64,000 nt of DNA from an uncultured Verrucomicrobiae bacterium (GTDB lineage: Bacteria; Verrucomicrobiota; Verrucomicrobiia; Limisphaerales; Palsa-1400): NCBI GenBank assembly GCA_963707025.1, contig CAVPOM010000018.1, positions 32,001-96,000 on the forward strand, written 5' to 3'. The position numbers were made by a program, and so were the translations under genes. How positions within the stretch are numbered: position 1 is the first letter of the stretch; every line of letters starts with the position of its first letter. The notes under the pieces were generated by a model. It did not search any database. It was not told the DNA's origin and was given only the letters and a program-made list of their open reading frames with translations. Of the stretch, positions 10,537 to 21,456 are shown in pieces.

Positions 10537-11190
10537 ATGTCCGATATCTTTCCAAAGTGGACCAACCGGTTGCCGCGCAACATTATTATTGGGGCGGTGC
10601 TGGTGGGTTCCGGGGTGCTGGCCGGGGTGACCTATTATTTCACGCCGAAGTACACGCGGGTGGGTTATGAACCGATCCAGCCGGTGGCCTTTGCCCACAG
10701 CGTGCATGTGGAGCAATTGGGGCTGGATTGCCGCTATTGCCATAATACGGTGGAGAAATCCTGGTATTCCAACATCCCGGCCACGTCCACCTGCATGAAC
10801 TGCCATGTCCAGGTGTTGAAGGACGATGCCCGGCTGGCGCTGGTGCGGGAAAGCGCGGCCTCGGGCCAGCCGATTCCCTGGGTGCAAATCCACAAGATGC
10901 CCGATTTTGTCTATTTCAACCATTCCGTCCATGTCAACCGGGGTGTCAGTTGCGTGGAATGCCACGGGCAGATCAACCAGATGGACGAAGTGTATCATGC
11001 CAAACCTTTGAGCATGTCCTATTGCCTGGACTGCCATCGCGACCCGACGATGCGGGTTCGTCCGCTGGCCGAGATCACGCATTTGGATTGGAAACCCGAG
11101 TCCGCGGCCAGGCAAAGGGAGGATGGCGAAAAGATGATGCATGATTGGCGGATTCAATCCTTGCAAACCTGCTCGACTTGTCACCGATGA
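10537..11190 (+). CDS. actA: Alternative complex III pentaheme cytochrome c
   Basis: N-terminal TM; five CxxCH (CRYCH, CMNCH, CVECH, CLDCH, CSTCH); QPVAFAH, PDFVYFNHSVH. Confidence 0.95.
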   Translation: MSDIFPKWTNRLPRNIIIGAVLVGSGVLAGVTYYFTPKYTRVGYEPIQPVAFAHSVHVEQLGLDCRYCHNTVEKSWYSNIPATSTCMNCHVQVLKDDARLALVRESAASGQPIPWVQIHKMPDFVYFNHSVHVNRGVSCVECHGQINQMDEVYHAKPLSMSYCLDCHRDPTMRVRPLAEITHLDWKPESAARQREDGEKMMHDWRIQSLQTCSTCHR

Positions 11191-14100
11191 AAAACCCACC
11201 CACACCCGCACCGGCAGGCCCGGCCTATTGGCGCAGTTTGGACGAACTGGCGGACACGCCGCAGTTCCGCCAATGGGTGGAAAAGGAGTTTCCGGCCGGG
11301 GCGAGCGAATTGTTTGATCCGGTGACGCGGCGCAATTTCGTCAAGATCATGTCGGCGTCCTTCCTCCTGGCGGGCCTCGGGGCGACGGGCTGCCGCCGGC
11401 CGGTGGAGAACATTTATCCGTTCGCCAAGATGCCGGAGAATTATGCGCATGGCCTGCCGCAGTTTTTTGCCACGGCCATGCCGTCCCGCCGCGGGGCGGT
11501 GCCGCTGGTGGTGAAATCCAGCGACGGGCGCCCGACCAAAGTGGAGGGCAATCCCGACCACCCGGACAGCAACGGCGGCACGGACCCGTTTGCGCAGGCG
11601 TCGGTGTTGAGTCTTTATGATCCCGACCGGGCCCAACGCTACGCCAGGAACGGGAGCCTGAGCACCAAGGCGGCGGCGTTGGATGCCTTGGCCGCGCTGG
11701 CCGGGAAGTTTGGGAACGGGGACGGGGTGGCGTTTCTCATGGAGCAAAGCAGCTCGCCTTCCCGCGCGCGGCTGCAACGGATGGTCAGCGAAAAATATCC
11801 GAAGGCGCGCTGGTTTGTTTATGAGGCGGTGGATCTGGATGCGGCGCGCATTGCGGCCTCGCTGGCTTACGGCATCCCGGTGGCGCCTTATTACAACCTG
11901 GAAAAGGCGGAAAAAATTCTGGCGCTGGATTGTGATTTTATCGGCACCGAGGAAAATGCGACGGTCAACATCCGGCGCTTCGCCCAGGGCCGGCATGTCG
12001 CGGGCAAGGACGACCCAATGAGCCGGCTCTATGCGGTGGAGAGCTTGTTCACCTTGACAGGGATGAACGCGGACCATCGTTTGCGCGTCGCGCCCAGCCT
12101 GATGGTCGCGGTGGTGGCGCGGATGGCGCTCAATATCCTGCCTTCCGGCGATTGGGACGCCAAGCTGAAGGAATTGTCCGCCCCGGCGCAGGGCTTTGAT
12201 GATTGGATCGTGCCTTGCGCGAAGGATTTGAAGGCAAGCGGCGGGAAAGGTTTGGTGATGGGCGGTTATCGTTTGCCGCCAGCGGCCCATTTGCTGGTGC
12301 TGGCGATGAACGAGGCTCTTGGTGCGGTGGCGGATCACACGATTGAATTTCATGAAGTTCCCGAGGCAACCGAAGAGGACATTAGCATCCTCGTGAAGGC
12401 GCTGGGCGCTGTCCAATTCCAGACTTTGATCATGTTGGGCGGCAATCTGGCTTACAATGCTCCGGCGGACTTGAACTGGTCGCAGGCGTATCCAGGGGGG
12501 AAACTCCAAAGGACAATCGTGCGGCTCGGTTATTATGAAGATGAAACGTCGTGCCCCCCTCCTCCAACGATGACGAGTCAATGGGATTTGCCGATGGCGC
12601 ATTTTCTGGAGTCGTGGGGCGACGCGCGCACGGCCAACGGAACTTTGGTCCCGATTCAGCCGCTGATCGAGCCGCTGTTTGACGGGCTGACGGAATTGGA
12701 AGTGCTGGCGATTCTGGCGGGCGCGGAAAAGACCAAGCCTTACGAAATCGTGCGCGAAACATTTCGCCTCCTTGGCGGCCCCGGCGAGAATGATTGGCGG
12801 AAGTTTTTGCACGACGGTTTCCTCGCAGGCAGCGCGGCGGTGCCGGCCACTGTACAGTTCAACGCCAAGCTGCTCGCGCCGGTGTTGGATTTGTTGAAGC
12901 CCGCGGCCGCGCCCGGACCGGGCAACTTGGACGTCGTTTTCCATCGCGATTCCAAGATGGACGACGGACGGCATAATAATAACGGCTGGTTGCAGGAATT
13001 GCCGGACCCGATCACCAAGCTGACCTGGGACAACGCGATTTTGGTAAGCCCCAAGACGGCCCATGAGCTGAAGCTCGCGCCCGATGAGCAGAAGCGCGAC
13101 CAGACGCAGCGATTTTACGACCAGGTGGTGGAAATTCAATTGGGCGAGCGGAGAGTGCGCGGCACGATCTGGGTCCAGCCCGGCATGGCGGATTATACCG
13201 TGGGGCTGGCGCTGGGATATGGTCGCGTGAAGACGGGGCGGATCGGGCGCGGTTGCGGCTACAACGCGTATAAAGTGCGGACGACCGACGCCATGCATTA
13301 CGGGTCGAACGCCAAGTTGACGAAAGTGGGCACGGCGTATCAATTGTCCACCACGCAGAGCCATTGGAGCATGGAAGGGCGCGCGCCGGTGCGGGAAGCC
13401 AATCTGGAGGATTTTCGCAAGCAGCCGGATTTCGCGGCGAAAATGGACTTGGAAAAGCCGCCCACCATAGCGCCGATGTATCCCAACCCATTCGACACCA
13501 CCAAGGCCAAAGGATTGCATCAGTGGGGCATGGCCATAGATTTGAGCAAATGCGTGGGATGCTCGGCCTGCATGGTGGCGTGCCAGAGCGAGAACAACGT
13601 CCCCATTGTGGGCAAGGAAATGGTGGGCAAGAGCCGCGAGATGCACTGGATACGGATTGACCGTTATTATTCCGGTGTGGGCAAGAATCCCGAGGATGAT
13701 CCGCAGGCGGTGGTCCAGCCGATGCTCTGCCAGCATTGCGAAGCCGCCCCGTGCGAGAATGTTTGCCCGGTCAATGCCACCTCGCATGATGACGAAGGGC
13801 TGAACGTGATGGTGTATAACCGCTGCGTCGGCACGCGTTATTGCTCCAACAACTGCCCCTACAAAGTGCGCCGCTTCAATTTCTTTGATTACAACCGCCG
13901 CCCGCTGGACAAACTTTACGACAGCCCGCTCGATCCGCTCAACCGGAAGGACGGCAAATGGGAGTTCCTGCGATGGTGGGACAATCCGGACCGGGGCAAC
14001 CTGCCGGAAGACCAGTGGCAACTGGTGCGCATGGTCAAGAACCCCGACGTGTCGGTGCGGATGCGCGGGGTGATGGAGAAATGCACCTTCTGCGTGCAAC

Positions 14101-14474
14101 GGCTGGAGCAGGCCAAGATCGCCGCGAAGGTCAAGGCGCGCGCTTCGGACCACATCCGCTTGTCGGAGAAGGAAGGGACCATTCCCAGGACGGCGTGCCA
14201 GCAGGCCTGTCCGGCGGAGGCGATTGCCTTTGGCGACATTTTGGACAAGGAAAGCACCGTGAGCAAATGGAAGGACAATCCGCGCAATTACACGGTGCTG
14301 GACGTTCTCCACACCAAACCGCGCCTGACTTACCTGGCCAAGGTGCGCAATCCCAATCCCGAGATGCCCGATTACAAGCAGCACCCCGCGCCTTACAGCT
14401 ACGACGACTATTCCAAAACCATGGGCCGGCCCGCCTTGGAGGAGGGTGAGGCGACTGAGAAAGGAGCCCGGTAA
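11187..14474 (+). CDS. actB: ACIII molybdopterin-oxidoreductase-like / Fe-S subunit
   Basis: YWRSLDEL, Tat TRRNFVK followed by [18 protein letters not shown], four Fe-S cysteine clusters ([47 protein letters not shown]); ATGA overlap with actA. Confidence 0.95.
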   Translation: MKNPPTPAPAGPAYWRSLDELADTPQFRQWVEKEFPAGASELFDPVTRRNFVKIMSASFLLAGLGATGCRRPVENIYPFAKMPENYAHGLPQFFATAMPSRRGAVPLVVKSSDGRPTKVEGNPDHPDSNGGTDPFAQASVLSLYDPDRAQRYARNGSLSTKAAALDALAALAGKFGNGDGVAFLMEQSSSPSRARLQRMVSEKYPKARWFVYEAVDLDAARIAASLAYGIPVAPYYNLEKAEKILALDCDFIGTEENATVNIRRFAQGRHVAGKDDPMSRLYAVESLFTLTGMNADHRLRVAPSLMVAVVARMALNILPSGDWDAKLKELSAPAQGFDDWIVPCAKDLKASGGKGLVMGGYRLPPAAHLLVLAMNEALGAVADHTIEFHEVPEATEEDISILVKALGAVQFQTLIMLGGNLAYNAPADLNWSQAYPGGKLQRTIVRLGYYEDETSCPPPPTMTSQWDLPMAHFLESWGDARTANGTLVPIQPLIEPLFDGLTELEVLAILAGAEKTKPYEIVRETFRLLGGPGENDWRKFLHDGFLAGSAAVPATVQFNAKLLAPVLDLLKPAAAPGPGNLDVVFHRDSKMDDGRHNNNGWLQELPDPITKLTWDNAILVSPKTAHELKLAPDEQKRDQTQRFYDQVVEIQLGERRVRGTIWVQPGMADYTVGLALGYGRVKTGRIGRGCGYNAYKVRTTDAMHYGSNAKLTKVGTAYQLSTTQSHWSMEGRAPVREANLEDFRKQPDFAAKMDLEKPPTIAPMYPNPFDTTKAKGLHQWGMAIDLSKCVGCSACMVACQSENNVPIVGKEMVGKSREMHWIRIDRYYSGVGKNPEDDPQAVVQPMLCQHCEAAPCENVCPVNATSHDDEGLNVMVYNRCVGTRYCSNNCPYKVRRFNFFDYNRRPLDKLYDSPLDPLNRKDGKWEFLRWWDNPDRGNLPEDQWQLVRMVKNPDVSVRMRGVMEKCTFCVQRLEQAKIAAKVKARASDHIRLSEKEGTIPRTACQQACPAEAIAFGDILDKESTVSKWKDNPRNYTVLDVLHTKPRLTYLAKVRNPNPEMPDYKQHPAPYSYDDYSKTMGRPALEEGEATEKGAR

Positions 14475-15964
14475 TGGCGGACGCCACTCCAGCCCCGATG
14501 TTGACGCAGGACGCGCCGCTGGTGGTGCAGGCGCCGCCCGTGGAGTTGGAACGCGAGCCGCTCGTGGCCAACGGCCACGGCATCGGCTGGCTGTCCGACA
14601 CCATAGCGGGAGTGGCCGAAGGCAAGCCCAAGTTCTGGTGGTGGATTTGTTTCACCATCAGCGCGACCATGATGACGGTGTGCTTTCTGTGCATACTATA
14701 TCTGATGTCCACCGGGGTGGGGGTCTGGGGTGTGGCGCACCCGGCCATGTGGGGCTATGCCATCGTCAATTTCGTGTGGTGGATCGGCATCGGCCATGCC
14801 GGAACCCTGATCTCGGCGATTTTGTTTCTGCTGCGGCAGAAATGGAGGACTTCCATCAACCGCGCGGCCGAAGCGATGACCATCTTCGCCGTGATGTGCG
14901 CCGGCATCTTTCCTCTCATCCATATTGGGCGAATCTGGCTGGGCTACTGGCTGTTCCCCATCCCCAATGCCAACGGCATCTGGCCGCAATTCCGCTCGCC
15001 CCTGATGTGGGACGTTTTCGCCGTCTCCACCTACTTCACCGTCTCGGTGCTGTTCTGGTACATGGGATTGATACCCGATCTGGCCGTGATGCGGGACCGG
15101 GCCACGACGAAAAGCCGGAAGTTCGGCTACGGCCTCTTCGCCCTGGGCTGGACCGGCTCCAACCGGCACTGGAGCAATTATGAGAAGGCCTACCTCATTC
15201 TGGCGGGCCTGTCCACGCCGCTGGTGCTCTCGGTCCATTCCATCGTCTCGCTGGATTTTTCGGTCTCGCAAATCCCCGGCTGGCACACCACCATTTTCCC
15301 CCCCTACTTTGTGGCGGGGGCCGTTTACTCCGGTTTTGGGATGGTGCTGACGCTGCTGGTGCCGCTGCGGCGGATGCTGAAACTGGAAGACATCATCACG
15401 GTGCGGCATGTGGAGTTGATGTGCAAAGTGACCCTGCTCACCGGCTCCATCGTGGGCTATGCCTATGTGATGGAGTTTTTCATCGCCTGGTACGGGGGCA
15501 ATCCTTATGAGAAATACCTCTTTCTCCATGAGCGCGCGGCGGACCCGTTCATCATTGCCCCGCTCTACGGAATCGAGCCGGCGCCCTACTGGTGGGCCTG
15601 GTGGATGATGATTATCTGCAACGTGCTGGTGCCGCAGCTATTCTGGTTCAAGAAGGTGCGGACCACCATGATCCTGGTTTTCATCCTGTCCATTTTAGTC
15701 AACGTCGGCATGTGGTTCGAACGATTTGTCATCATCATCGTTTCGTTGACCCGTGAATTCATTCCGGCCAACTGGGGATATTACCGTCCGTCGTGGGTGG
15801 ATATTTTGCAATTTTTGGGAACGTTTGGCTTGTTCTTTACGTTCTTCCTGTTGTTCCTGCGCTACGTCCCGTTGATCGCCATTGCGGAGGTCAAGGGCGT
15901 GACGCCGCAAGCCGACCCGCACCATCCGCTGGGCGGGGCGAAAAGCGGAGGGCACCACCCATGA
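14474..15964 (+). CDS. actC: ACIII NrfD-family membrane subunit
   Basis: [47 protein letters not shown]. Confidence 0.95.
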   Translation: MADATPAPMLTQDAPLVVQAPPVELEREPLVANGHGIGWLSDTIAGVAEGKPKFWWWICFTISATMMTVCFLCILYLMSTGVGVWGVAHPAMWGYAIVNFVWWIGIGHAGTLISAILFLLRQKWRTSINRAAEAMTIFAVMCAGIFPLIHIGRIWLGYWLFPIPNANGIWPQFRSPLMWDVFAVSTYFTVSVLFWYMGLIPDLAVMRDRATTKSRKFGYGLFALGWTGSNRHWSNYEKAYLILAGLSTPLVLSVHSIVSLDFSVSQIPGWHTTIFPPYFVAGAVYSGFGMVLTLLVPLRRMLKLEDIITVRHVELMCKVTLLTGSIVGYAYVMEFFIAWYGGNPYEKYLFLHERAADPFIIAPLYGIEPAPYWWAWWMMIICNVLVPQLFWFKKVRTTMILVFILSILVNVGMWFERFVIIIVSLTREFIPANWGYYRPSWVDILQFLGTFGLFFTFFLLFLRYVPLIAIAEVKGVTPQADPHHPLGGAKSGGHHP

Positions 15965-16494
15965 GCGGACGGCCTTACGCGATCCTGGCGGAATTTGAAA
16001 GCCCGGCGGCCATCCTGCAGGCGGCGGACAAGGTGCGCGGGGAGGGATACCGCAATTGGGACGTTTTCACCCCGTTCCCGATCCACGGCATGGACCGGGC
16101 GATGGGGATCAAGAACTCCAAAGTGGGCTGGTTTTCTTTCATTGGCGGCGTGACGGGGTACGCCACGGGGATGTTGATGATCTGGTTTATGAACACGGTG
16201 GATTATCCGATCGTCATCGGCGGCAAGCCGATGTTCAGCCCGTTTTCCGCTTTTCCGCCGTCCTACGAATTGACGATTTTGTTCGGGGCCTTCGGGGCGC
16301 TGCTGGGGATGCTGTTCCTCAACCGGCTGCCCCGGCTGCATCATCCCCTGCTCAAGCACGGGCGGTTCAAGCTGGCCAGCCACGACCGTTTTTACGTGGT
16401 GATCGAAACCAACGATCCCAAATACGCCGAGCCGGCGACCCGGCAAATGCTGGAGTCGCTGGGGAGCAAGCACGTTGAATTCGTCGAGGAATAA
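15961..16494 (+). CDS. actD: ACIII subunit D (DUF3341)
   Basis: [32 protein letters not shown] overlap. Confidence 0.92.
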   Translation: MSGRPYAILAEFESPAAILQAADKVRGEGYRNWDVFTPFPIHGMDRAMGIKNSKVGWFSFIGGVTGYATGMLMIWFMNTVDYPIVIGGKPMFSPFSAFPPSYELTILFGAFGALLGMLFLNRLPRLHHPLLKHGRFKLASHDRFYVVIETNDPKYAEPATRQMLESLGSKHVEFVEE

Positions 16495-17162
16495 TGCGCT
16501 ACTTTTACCTCATTTTTTTTCTGACCTGCGTGACGGTGATCGGCCTGGCCGGTTTTCGCGGCAGCAAGTCGCGCCAGCCGCCCATTGAGCTGTTTAACGA
16601 CATGGTGCGCCAAAACAAGGTGCGCCCGCAGACGCCGAGCGATTTCTTCGCCGACGGCCGCAGTTCGCGGGCGCGGCCCGAAGGCACGGTGGAGCGCAGC
16701 CTGCCTTATGAACTCAACGGCCAATTGGTGCTGGTCAACGGCAAACCGGTTTATCCCTACGAAGAGGCCCCCATGAACACCGGGCGGATGACGGGCACGA
16801 CCAATTTCATCGAAACCGGCCCGCTGGCCATCACGCGGGAATTGCTGGACCGGGGCCAGGAGCGTTATCAGATTTATTGCCTGCCGTGCCACGGCCCGGC
16901 GGGAGACGGCAAGGGGATCACGGGCAAATACGGCATGGTGAGCATGGCCGATTTTCACGCCCAGCGCCTGGTGGAGATGAAGGACGGTGAGATTTTTAAT
17001 ACCATGACGGTCGGGAAATTGCCGCTCATGCCGGCCTACGGGGCGCTGCTTGGGGTGGAAGACCGCTGGGCGATCATCTCCTACATCCGCGCCTTGCAAC
17101 GCAGCCAGTTGGCGACGGTGGAAGACGTGCCCGAGGCGAAACGGGGAGAATTTAAGAAATGA
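16494..17162 (+). CDS. actE: ACIII monoheme cytochrome c
   Basis: DMVRQNK, FFADG, CLPCHG, MPAY, DRWAIISYIRALQ. Confidence 0.92.
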   Translation: MRYFYLIFFLTCVTVIGLAGFRGSKSRQPPIELFNDMVRQNKVRPQTPSDFFADGRSSRARPEGTVERSLPYELNGQLVLVNGKPVYPYEEAPMNTGRMTGTTNFIETGPLAITRELLDRGQERYQIYCLPCHGPAGDGKGITGKYGMVSMADFHAQRLVEMKDGEIFNTMTVGKLPLMPAYGALLGVEDRWAIISYIRALQRSQLATVEDVPEAKRGEFKK

Positions 17163-17207
17163 GATTAAGATTAAGAAAAGAGATTAAGATTAAGATCAAG
17201 ATTAAGA
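17161..17207. repeat. Single-arm hexamer array (GATTAA-type) between actE and actF
   Basis: gagattaagattaagaaaagagattaagattaagatcaagattaaga. Confidence 0.9.
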
Positions 17208-17222
17208 AATAAGGCCAGGATT

Positions 17223-18494
17223 ATGAACAAGGACACTCCATCCTCATCGGTTGCGCCGCTGGATTTGGCCAAATGGCGGCATGTGCCCGTGATCTTGATG
17301 GCGGCGGGCGGGATCGGGGCGGGGCTGGGCGCGGCGGCCTGCGGGAGCCGGCAGTTCGCCTTTTCCTGGCTGGTGGCCTTCATGTTTTACTTGAGCTTGT
17401 GCCTGGGCGCCTGGTTTCTGGTGATGGTGCATCATTTGTTTGACGCAAACTGGTCGGTGCCGACGCGGCGGTTTTGCGAACACCTGGCCTGTCTGGCGGG
17501 CTGGCCGATGCTGCTGCTGTTTGTCCCCATTGCCGTCCTGGCGCCGCGCCTCTATGAATGGATGAACGAGCTGCGGCATCCGGATCATGCCTTGGCGGCC
17601 AAATATCCGTTGTTCACCATGAAGGGTTTTTATATCGTGGCGGCGGTTTGCTTCGGCGTCTGGTGGCTCTTTACCAACCGTTTGCGGCACTGGTCGCTGC
17701 AGCAGGACAAGACGGGCGCGGCCCATTGCATGCGCCGCATGCGGTTTTATTCCGCCCTGGGCATCATCCTTTTTGCGGGGACGCTCACCCTGGCCGCGAT
17801 CGTGTGGATGAAGGGGCTGATGTATGAATGGGCCTCGACCATGTACGGGGTCTGGTATTTCGCGGCGAGCGTCTGGGTGGCGCTGGCCACAGTGTATGTC
17901 ATTACGCTGATCTTGCAGCGCACGACGGCGTTGCGGGATGTGGTGACGGAAAAGACGTATTACATGATTGGCTCGCTCTTGTTCGCCTTTACCGTGTTCT
18001 GGGCCTACATCAGCTTTGGGCAGTACTTTATCGTCTGGAACGCGAACATGCCGGAAGAGACCTTCTGGTACGTGCTGCGCGAAAAGGGGACGTGGTGGTT
18101 CACGGGGGCCATCATCATCATCTTCGGCCATTTCTTCCTGCCCTTTCTGGCGCTGCTGCGGATAGATGTGAAACTGAAGCTGGCGGCCATGCTGCCGTTG
18201 TGCGCCTGGGCCTGGCTCATGCACCTGGTGGACGTGGAGTTCCAAGTCATGCCCAGCCTGCATGAGAACGGGGTATTCACTTTCACCTTTCCCTTCCTGA
18301 CGGCCAGCCTGCTGGTGGACTTGGCCTGCCTGATGTTCATCGGCGGATTCCTCGCCAAACTTTTTCTGTGGTCGCTCAACCGGCATCCCGTCTATCCCTT
18401 GCAGGACCCGCGCATGGCGGAAGCTCTGGACGTTTATGTGCCGCCGGCCAGCGCCGCCGCCATTATTCCCGGTCCCGGGGTAAAAGAACTATAA
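17223..18494 (+). CDS. actF: ACIII membrane subunit F
   Basis: Polytopic; ANWSVPTRR, WASTMYG, WAYISFGQYFIVWNANMPEETFWY, DPRMAE. Confidence 0.9.
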   Translation: MNKDTPSSSVAPLDLAKWRHVPVILMAAGGIGAGLGAAACGSRQFAFSWLVAFMFYLSLCLGAWFLVMVHHLFDANWSVPTRRFCEHLACLAGWPMLLLFVPIAVLAPRLYEWMNELRHPDHALAAKYPLFTMKGFYIVAAVCFGVWWLFTNRLRHWSLQQDKTGAAHCMRRMRFYSALGIILFAGTLTLAAIVWMKGLMYEWASTMYGVWYFAASVWVALATVYVITLILQRTTALRDVVTEKTYYMIGSLLFAFTVFWAYISFGQYFIVWNANMPEETFWYVLREKGTWWFTGAIIIIFGHFFLPFLALLRIDVKLKLAAMLPLCAWAWLMHLVDVEFQVMPSLHENGVFTFTFPFLTASLLVDLACLMFIGGFLAKLFLWSLNRHPVYPLQDPRMAEALDVYVPPASAAAIIPGPGVKEL

Positions 18495-18508
18495 ATGATA
18501 AATGAACC

Positions 18509-18877
18509 ATGAGCACTGAATCCATCCGCGGAAAATGCGGCCAGGGCCTGACCGTGCTGGGGGTGGCGGGAGCGTTTTTAGTGATGGCCTGGCTGGTCTG
18601 GCTGATGCGCGCCTACACGCACCCGCCCGCCCTGGCTGAGGCCCGCGCCGTGGAGCGGCTGAAGATCAAGGCCGAGTTCGACGCGGCCAACGCCCCGCTG
18701 CTCAACGGGTATGACTGGGCCGACAAGGAGAAGGGATTTGTGCGCATCCCGGTGGAGCGGGCCAAGGAATTGATCTTGCAGGAATGGCAGAATCCGGCGG
18801 CGGGCCGCTCCAATCTGACCAACCGGGCGGCCAGGGAATTCGCCCCCGCCGCCGTGGCGAAAAACCCGTACGAGTAG
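18509..18877 (+). CDS. ActG-like small single-TM subunit
   Basis: One TM then YDWADKEKGFVRIPVERAKEL, resembling the ActG motif; located after actF. Confidence 0.65.
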   Translation: MSTESIRGKCGQGLTVLGVAGAFLVMAWLVWLMRAYTHPPALAEARAVERLKIKAEFDAANAPLLNGYDWADKEKGFVRIPVERAKELILQEWQNPAAGRSNLTNRAAREFAPAAVAKNPYE

Positions 18878-18938
18878 CGGCACAGAATTATAAATGATAA
18901 ATGAAGAGGGCGAATGTTGCTTTGGGTGGTGCTTCCCT

Positions 18939-19115
18939 CTCTTAATCTTAATCCTAATCTTAATCTTAATCTCATTCGTGCAATCGGTAATCAGAATTGG
19001 CTTTGATCAAGCCCACGAGCAGCGAAACGATGATATACTTGCAGCTTTTCGTGGTCGAAGACTCGATTCACTCGGATTAGGACGATTAAGATTAAGATTA
19101 TGATTAAGATTAAGA
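18939..19115. repeat. Inverted hexamer array with ~100-bp spacer (arms 18939-18972 and 19075-19115)
   Basis: Read directly, between the actG-like and ccoN-like genes. Confidence 0.9.
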
Positions 19116-19131
19116 CCAGGAGCAGATACCC

Positions 19132-20604
19132 ATGAGCGTGACTGAGGCACCAGCGGCAACGGCGGCAACGGCGGCTGGCCCGCAGGTTTCGAGGACCCAA
19201 CTCGAAACTTCCGGGGCGGTGCCGCTCCTGGGCCTGTTCGCCGGCGCGGCGGTCTGGCTCCTGCTGGGTTTGCTGCTGGCGCTGCTCTGTTCGCTCAAAC
19301 TGCATGCCGCCGGCTTGCTGGCCTCCGGGCCGATGTTCACTTATGGGCGCGTCCACGCCGCGGCGGACACGGCGCTGCTCTATGGCTTTGGCGTTCCGGC
19401 CGCGCTGGGAACCGGGCTGTGGCTGCTCTGCCGCCTGGGGCGGACGCGATTGGCGGCGCCGGCGGTGGCCGCCGTGGGAGCGCTGGCCTGGAATGCGGCG
19501 GTGGCCGCGGGTCTCTGGGCCATCCTGCGCGGCGGCGGGACCGGCTACCAAGGGTTTGAGATGCCGGGGGCCATCGCGCCGGTTCTGCTGTTGTCGTACC
19601 TGCTGATCGGAATCTGCGGGGTCGTCACCTTTGGGCAGCGGGAGGCGGGGCCGCTTTATCCGTCGCAATGGTTCGTGCTCGGGGCGCTTTTTTGGTTTGG
19701 GTGGATTTTTTCCACGGCGGGGCTGCTGCTGCTGGGCGCGCCGGTGCGCGGCGTTCTCCAGGCCTTGGTCAACTGGTGGTATGAGCATAATCTGGGCACG
19801 GTGTTTTTTGGGTTTGCCGGGCTGGCTTCGATTTTTTATTTCATCCCCAAACTGACCGGGCGGCCGCTGCACAGTTATTATCAGGCGGCGCTGGCGTTCT
19901 GGATGCTGGCGCTGGCGGGCAGTTGGGGCGGAATTCCCGGCGGCGCGCCGCTGCCGGGCTGGCTGGTCAGCGTGTCCGTGGCGGGGACGGTGCTGACGGT
20001 CATCCCCATCGCGGCGGTGGCGATGAATTTGTATTTGACGGTGAGAGGGGAGGCGCTGGCGCGGGAGGCCTGCCCCAGCCTTCGTTTCACCTGCGCGGGC
20101 CTGATTTTTTGGGTGATCGCCAGCGCGCAGGAGGTGGCGGGGGCGCTGCCGTCGGTCGGGGCGCTGACCGATTTCACCTGGTTCACCACGGCGCAACGGG
20201 ACCTGTTCCGCTACGGTTTCGTGGGGATGACGATGTTCGGGGCGATTTATTACATCGTGCCGCGGCTGGCCGATGCCAAGTCCGCCGCGCCGGACGGACT
20301 GTGGAAAGGGTGGTTAAGCCAATGGCATTTCCGGCTGATGCTGGCGGGGGTGGTGATTGGATACATGGCCTTGCTGGTGGCGGGCGTCTGGGAGGGAGTG
20401 GAGTTCCAAAGCCCCGCCCATTCGTTCGCGGCGGTGATGAGGGGCACGATGATGGCGCTGCGCCTGAGCACGCTGGGTCCCCTGTTGCTCACGCTGGGGA
20501 TGATCGCCTTTCTGCTGAATTTTGCGCTGCTGCTGAAAGGTTGCTGCGCCCGCTGCCGCCGGGAAAGATGGGGCGGCCGGGAGATGCGAAAGGGGGACGC
20601 ATGA
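19132..20604 (+). CDS. CcoN (cbb3 subunit I)-fold polytopic membrane protein lacking most metal ligands
   Basis: CcoN landmarks TYGR, LYPSQW, NWWYEHN, YFIPKLTGRPLHSY, FGAIYYIVPRL, WHF are retained; see findings for the missing His residues. Confidence 0.85.
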   Translation: MSVTEAPAATAATAAGPQVSRTQLETSGAVPLLGLFAGAAVWLLLGLLLALLCSLKLHAAGLLASGPMFTYGRVHAAADTALLYGFGVPAALGTGLWLLCRLGRTRLAAPAVAAVGALAWNAAVAAGLWAILRGGGTGYQGFEMPGAIAPVLLLSYLLIGICGVVTFGQREAGPLYPSQWFVLGALFWFGWIFSTAGLLLLGAPVRGVLQALVNWWYEHNLGTVFFGFAGLASIFYFIPKLTGRPLHSYYQAALAFWMLALAGSWGGIPGGAPLPGWLVSVSVAGTVLTVIPIAAVAMNLYLTVRGEALAREACPSLRFTCAGLIFWVIASAQEVAGALPSVGALTDFTWFTTAQRDLFRYGFVGMTMFGAIYYIVPRLADAKSAAPDGLWKGWLSQWHFRLMLAGVVIGYMALLVAGVWEGVEFQSPAHSFAAVMRGTMMALRLSTLGPLLLTLGMIAFLLNFALLLKGCCARCRRERWGGREMRKGDA

Positions 20605-21374
20605 ACAACGGGCCGATGCTTTATTTGGGATTGTTTGCCGCGATGGCGATTTCGTGGGTAACCTTTGTACTCGGCCCGCAGGTGCAAATGGCCGGCCTGC
20701 TGCCCGCCCGGACGGTGGGGTCGCTGCCGGTCAGTTATCCGAACACCCCGCCCGGCCTGGCGCGGCAGGGGGCCGAGGTGTACCGGGCCTGCGGGTGCGT
20801 CTATTGCCATACCCAGCAGGTCCGCCCCGAGGAGCTGGGCTCGGACTTGGCCCACGGCTGGGGCATCCGGCGGAGCGTGGCGCATGACTACATTTATGAT
20901 CGTCCGGTCCTGCTGGGCACGCAGCGGGTCGGGCCGGACCTGGCCAATGCGGGGTTGCGCATGGATGCCATGGCCGTGCTGGTGCGGCTGTGGGATGCCC
21001 GCACCATCAATCATCTGGACGCCGCCCATTCCATTATGCCGTCCTACAAGTATTTGTTTGAAGTGCGCAAAATCGGGCGGATGCCATCGCCCGACGCCCT
21101 GGTGGTTGCGCCGCAATTTGCGGCGGCGCCAGGTTATGAGATTGTGCCGCGGCCGGCGGCGCGCGCCCTGGCGGCGTATGTGGCGAATATGCGCCAGGAG
21201 CCGTATCTTTTTGAAGCACCGCCGCCGCCGGGTGCGATCAACACCAACACGCCGGCGGGAGGAACCAACGCGCCGGCCGGCGGGACCAATGCGCCGGCGG
21301 GAGGCACCAATGCACCCGCGGCGGGCAGCGGAGCGCCCGGCCTGCCTGGCGGCACGAATGCGGCCAAACCGTAA
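20601..21374 (+). CDS. CcoO (cbb3 subunit II)-like monoheme cytochrome c with a low-complexity tail
   Basis: CVYCHTQQVRP, LGTQRVGPDLAN, SIMPSY; ATGA overlap; C-terminal (NAPAGGT) repeats. Confidence 0.85.
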   Translation: MNNGPMLYLGLFAAMAISWVTFVLGPQVQMAGLLPARTVGSLPVSYPNTPPGLARQGAEVYRACGCVYCHTQQVRPEELGSDLAHGWGIRRSVAHDYIYDRPVLLGTQRVGPDLANAGLRMDAMAVLVRLWDARTINHLDAAHSIMPSYKYLFEVRKIGRMPSPDALVVAPQFAAAPGYEIVPRPAARALAAYVANMRQEPYLFEAPPPPGAINTNTPAGGTNAPAGGTNAPAGGTNAPAAGSGAPGLPGGTNAAKP

Positions 21375-21390
21375 TCCGCCATCCGCAACC

Positions 21391-21438
21391 ATTAAGATTG
21401 AGAATGGAGATTAAGATTAGGATTAAGATTAAGATTAG
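21391..21438. repeat. Single-arm hexamer array (GATTAA/GATTAG)
   Basis: attaagattgagaatggagattaagattaggattaagattaagattag. Confidence 0.9.
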
Positions 21439-21456
21439 AATGCAATCCGTCACGCC

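Noticed and set aside
11181..14384. Very long antisense ORFs (1067 aa here; also 57290..60553, 45197..47386, 35852..37960, 27946..29769)
   Set aside because: Shadow frames opposite well-supported genes in high-GC DNA, with no recognisable motifs.
19132..20604. Annotating this gene as a functional ccoN or a nitric oxide reductase NorB
   Set aside because: Both require the six conserved His; only one is identifiable.
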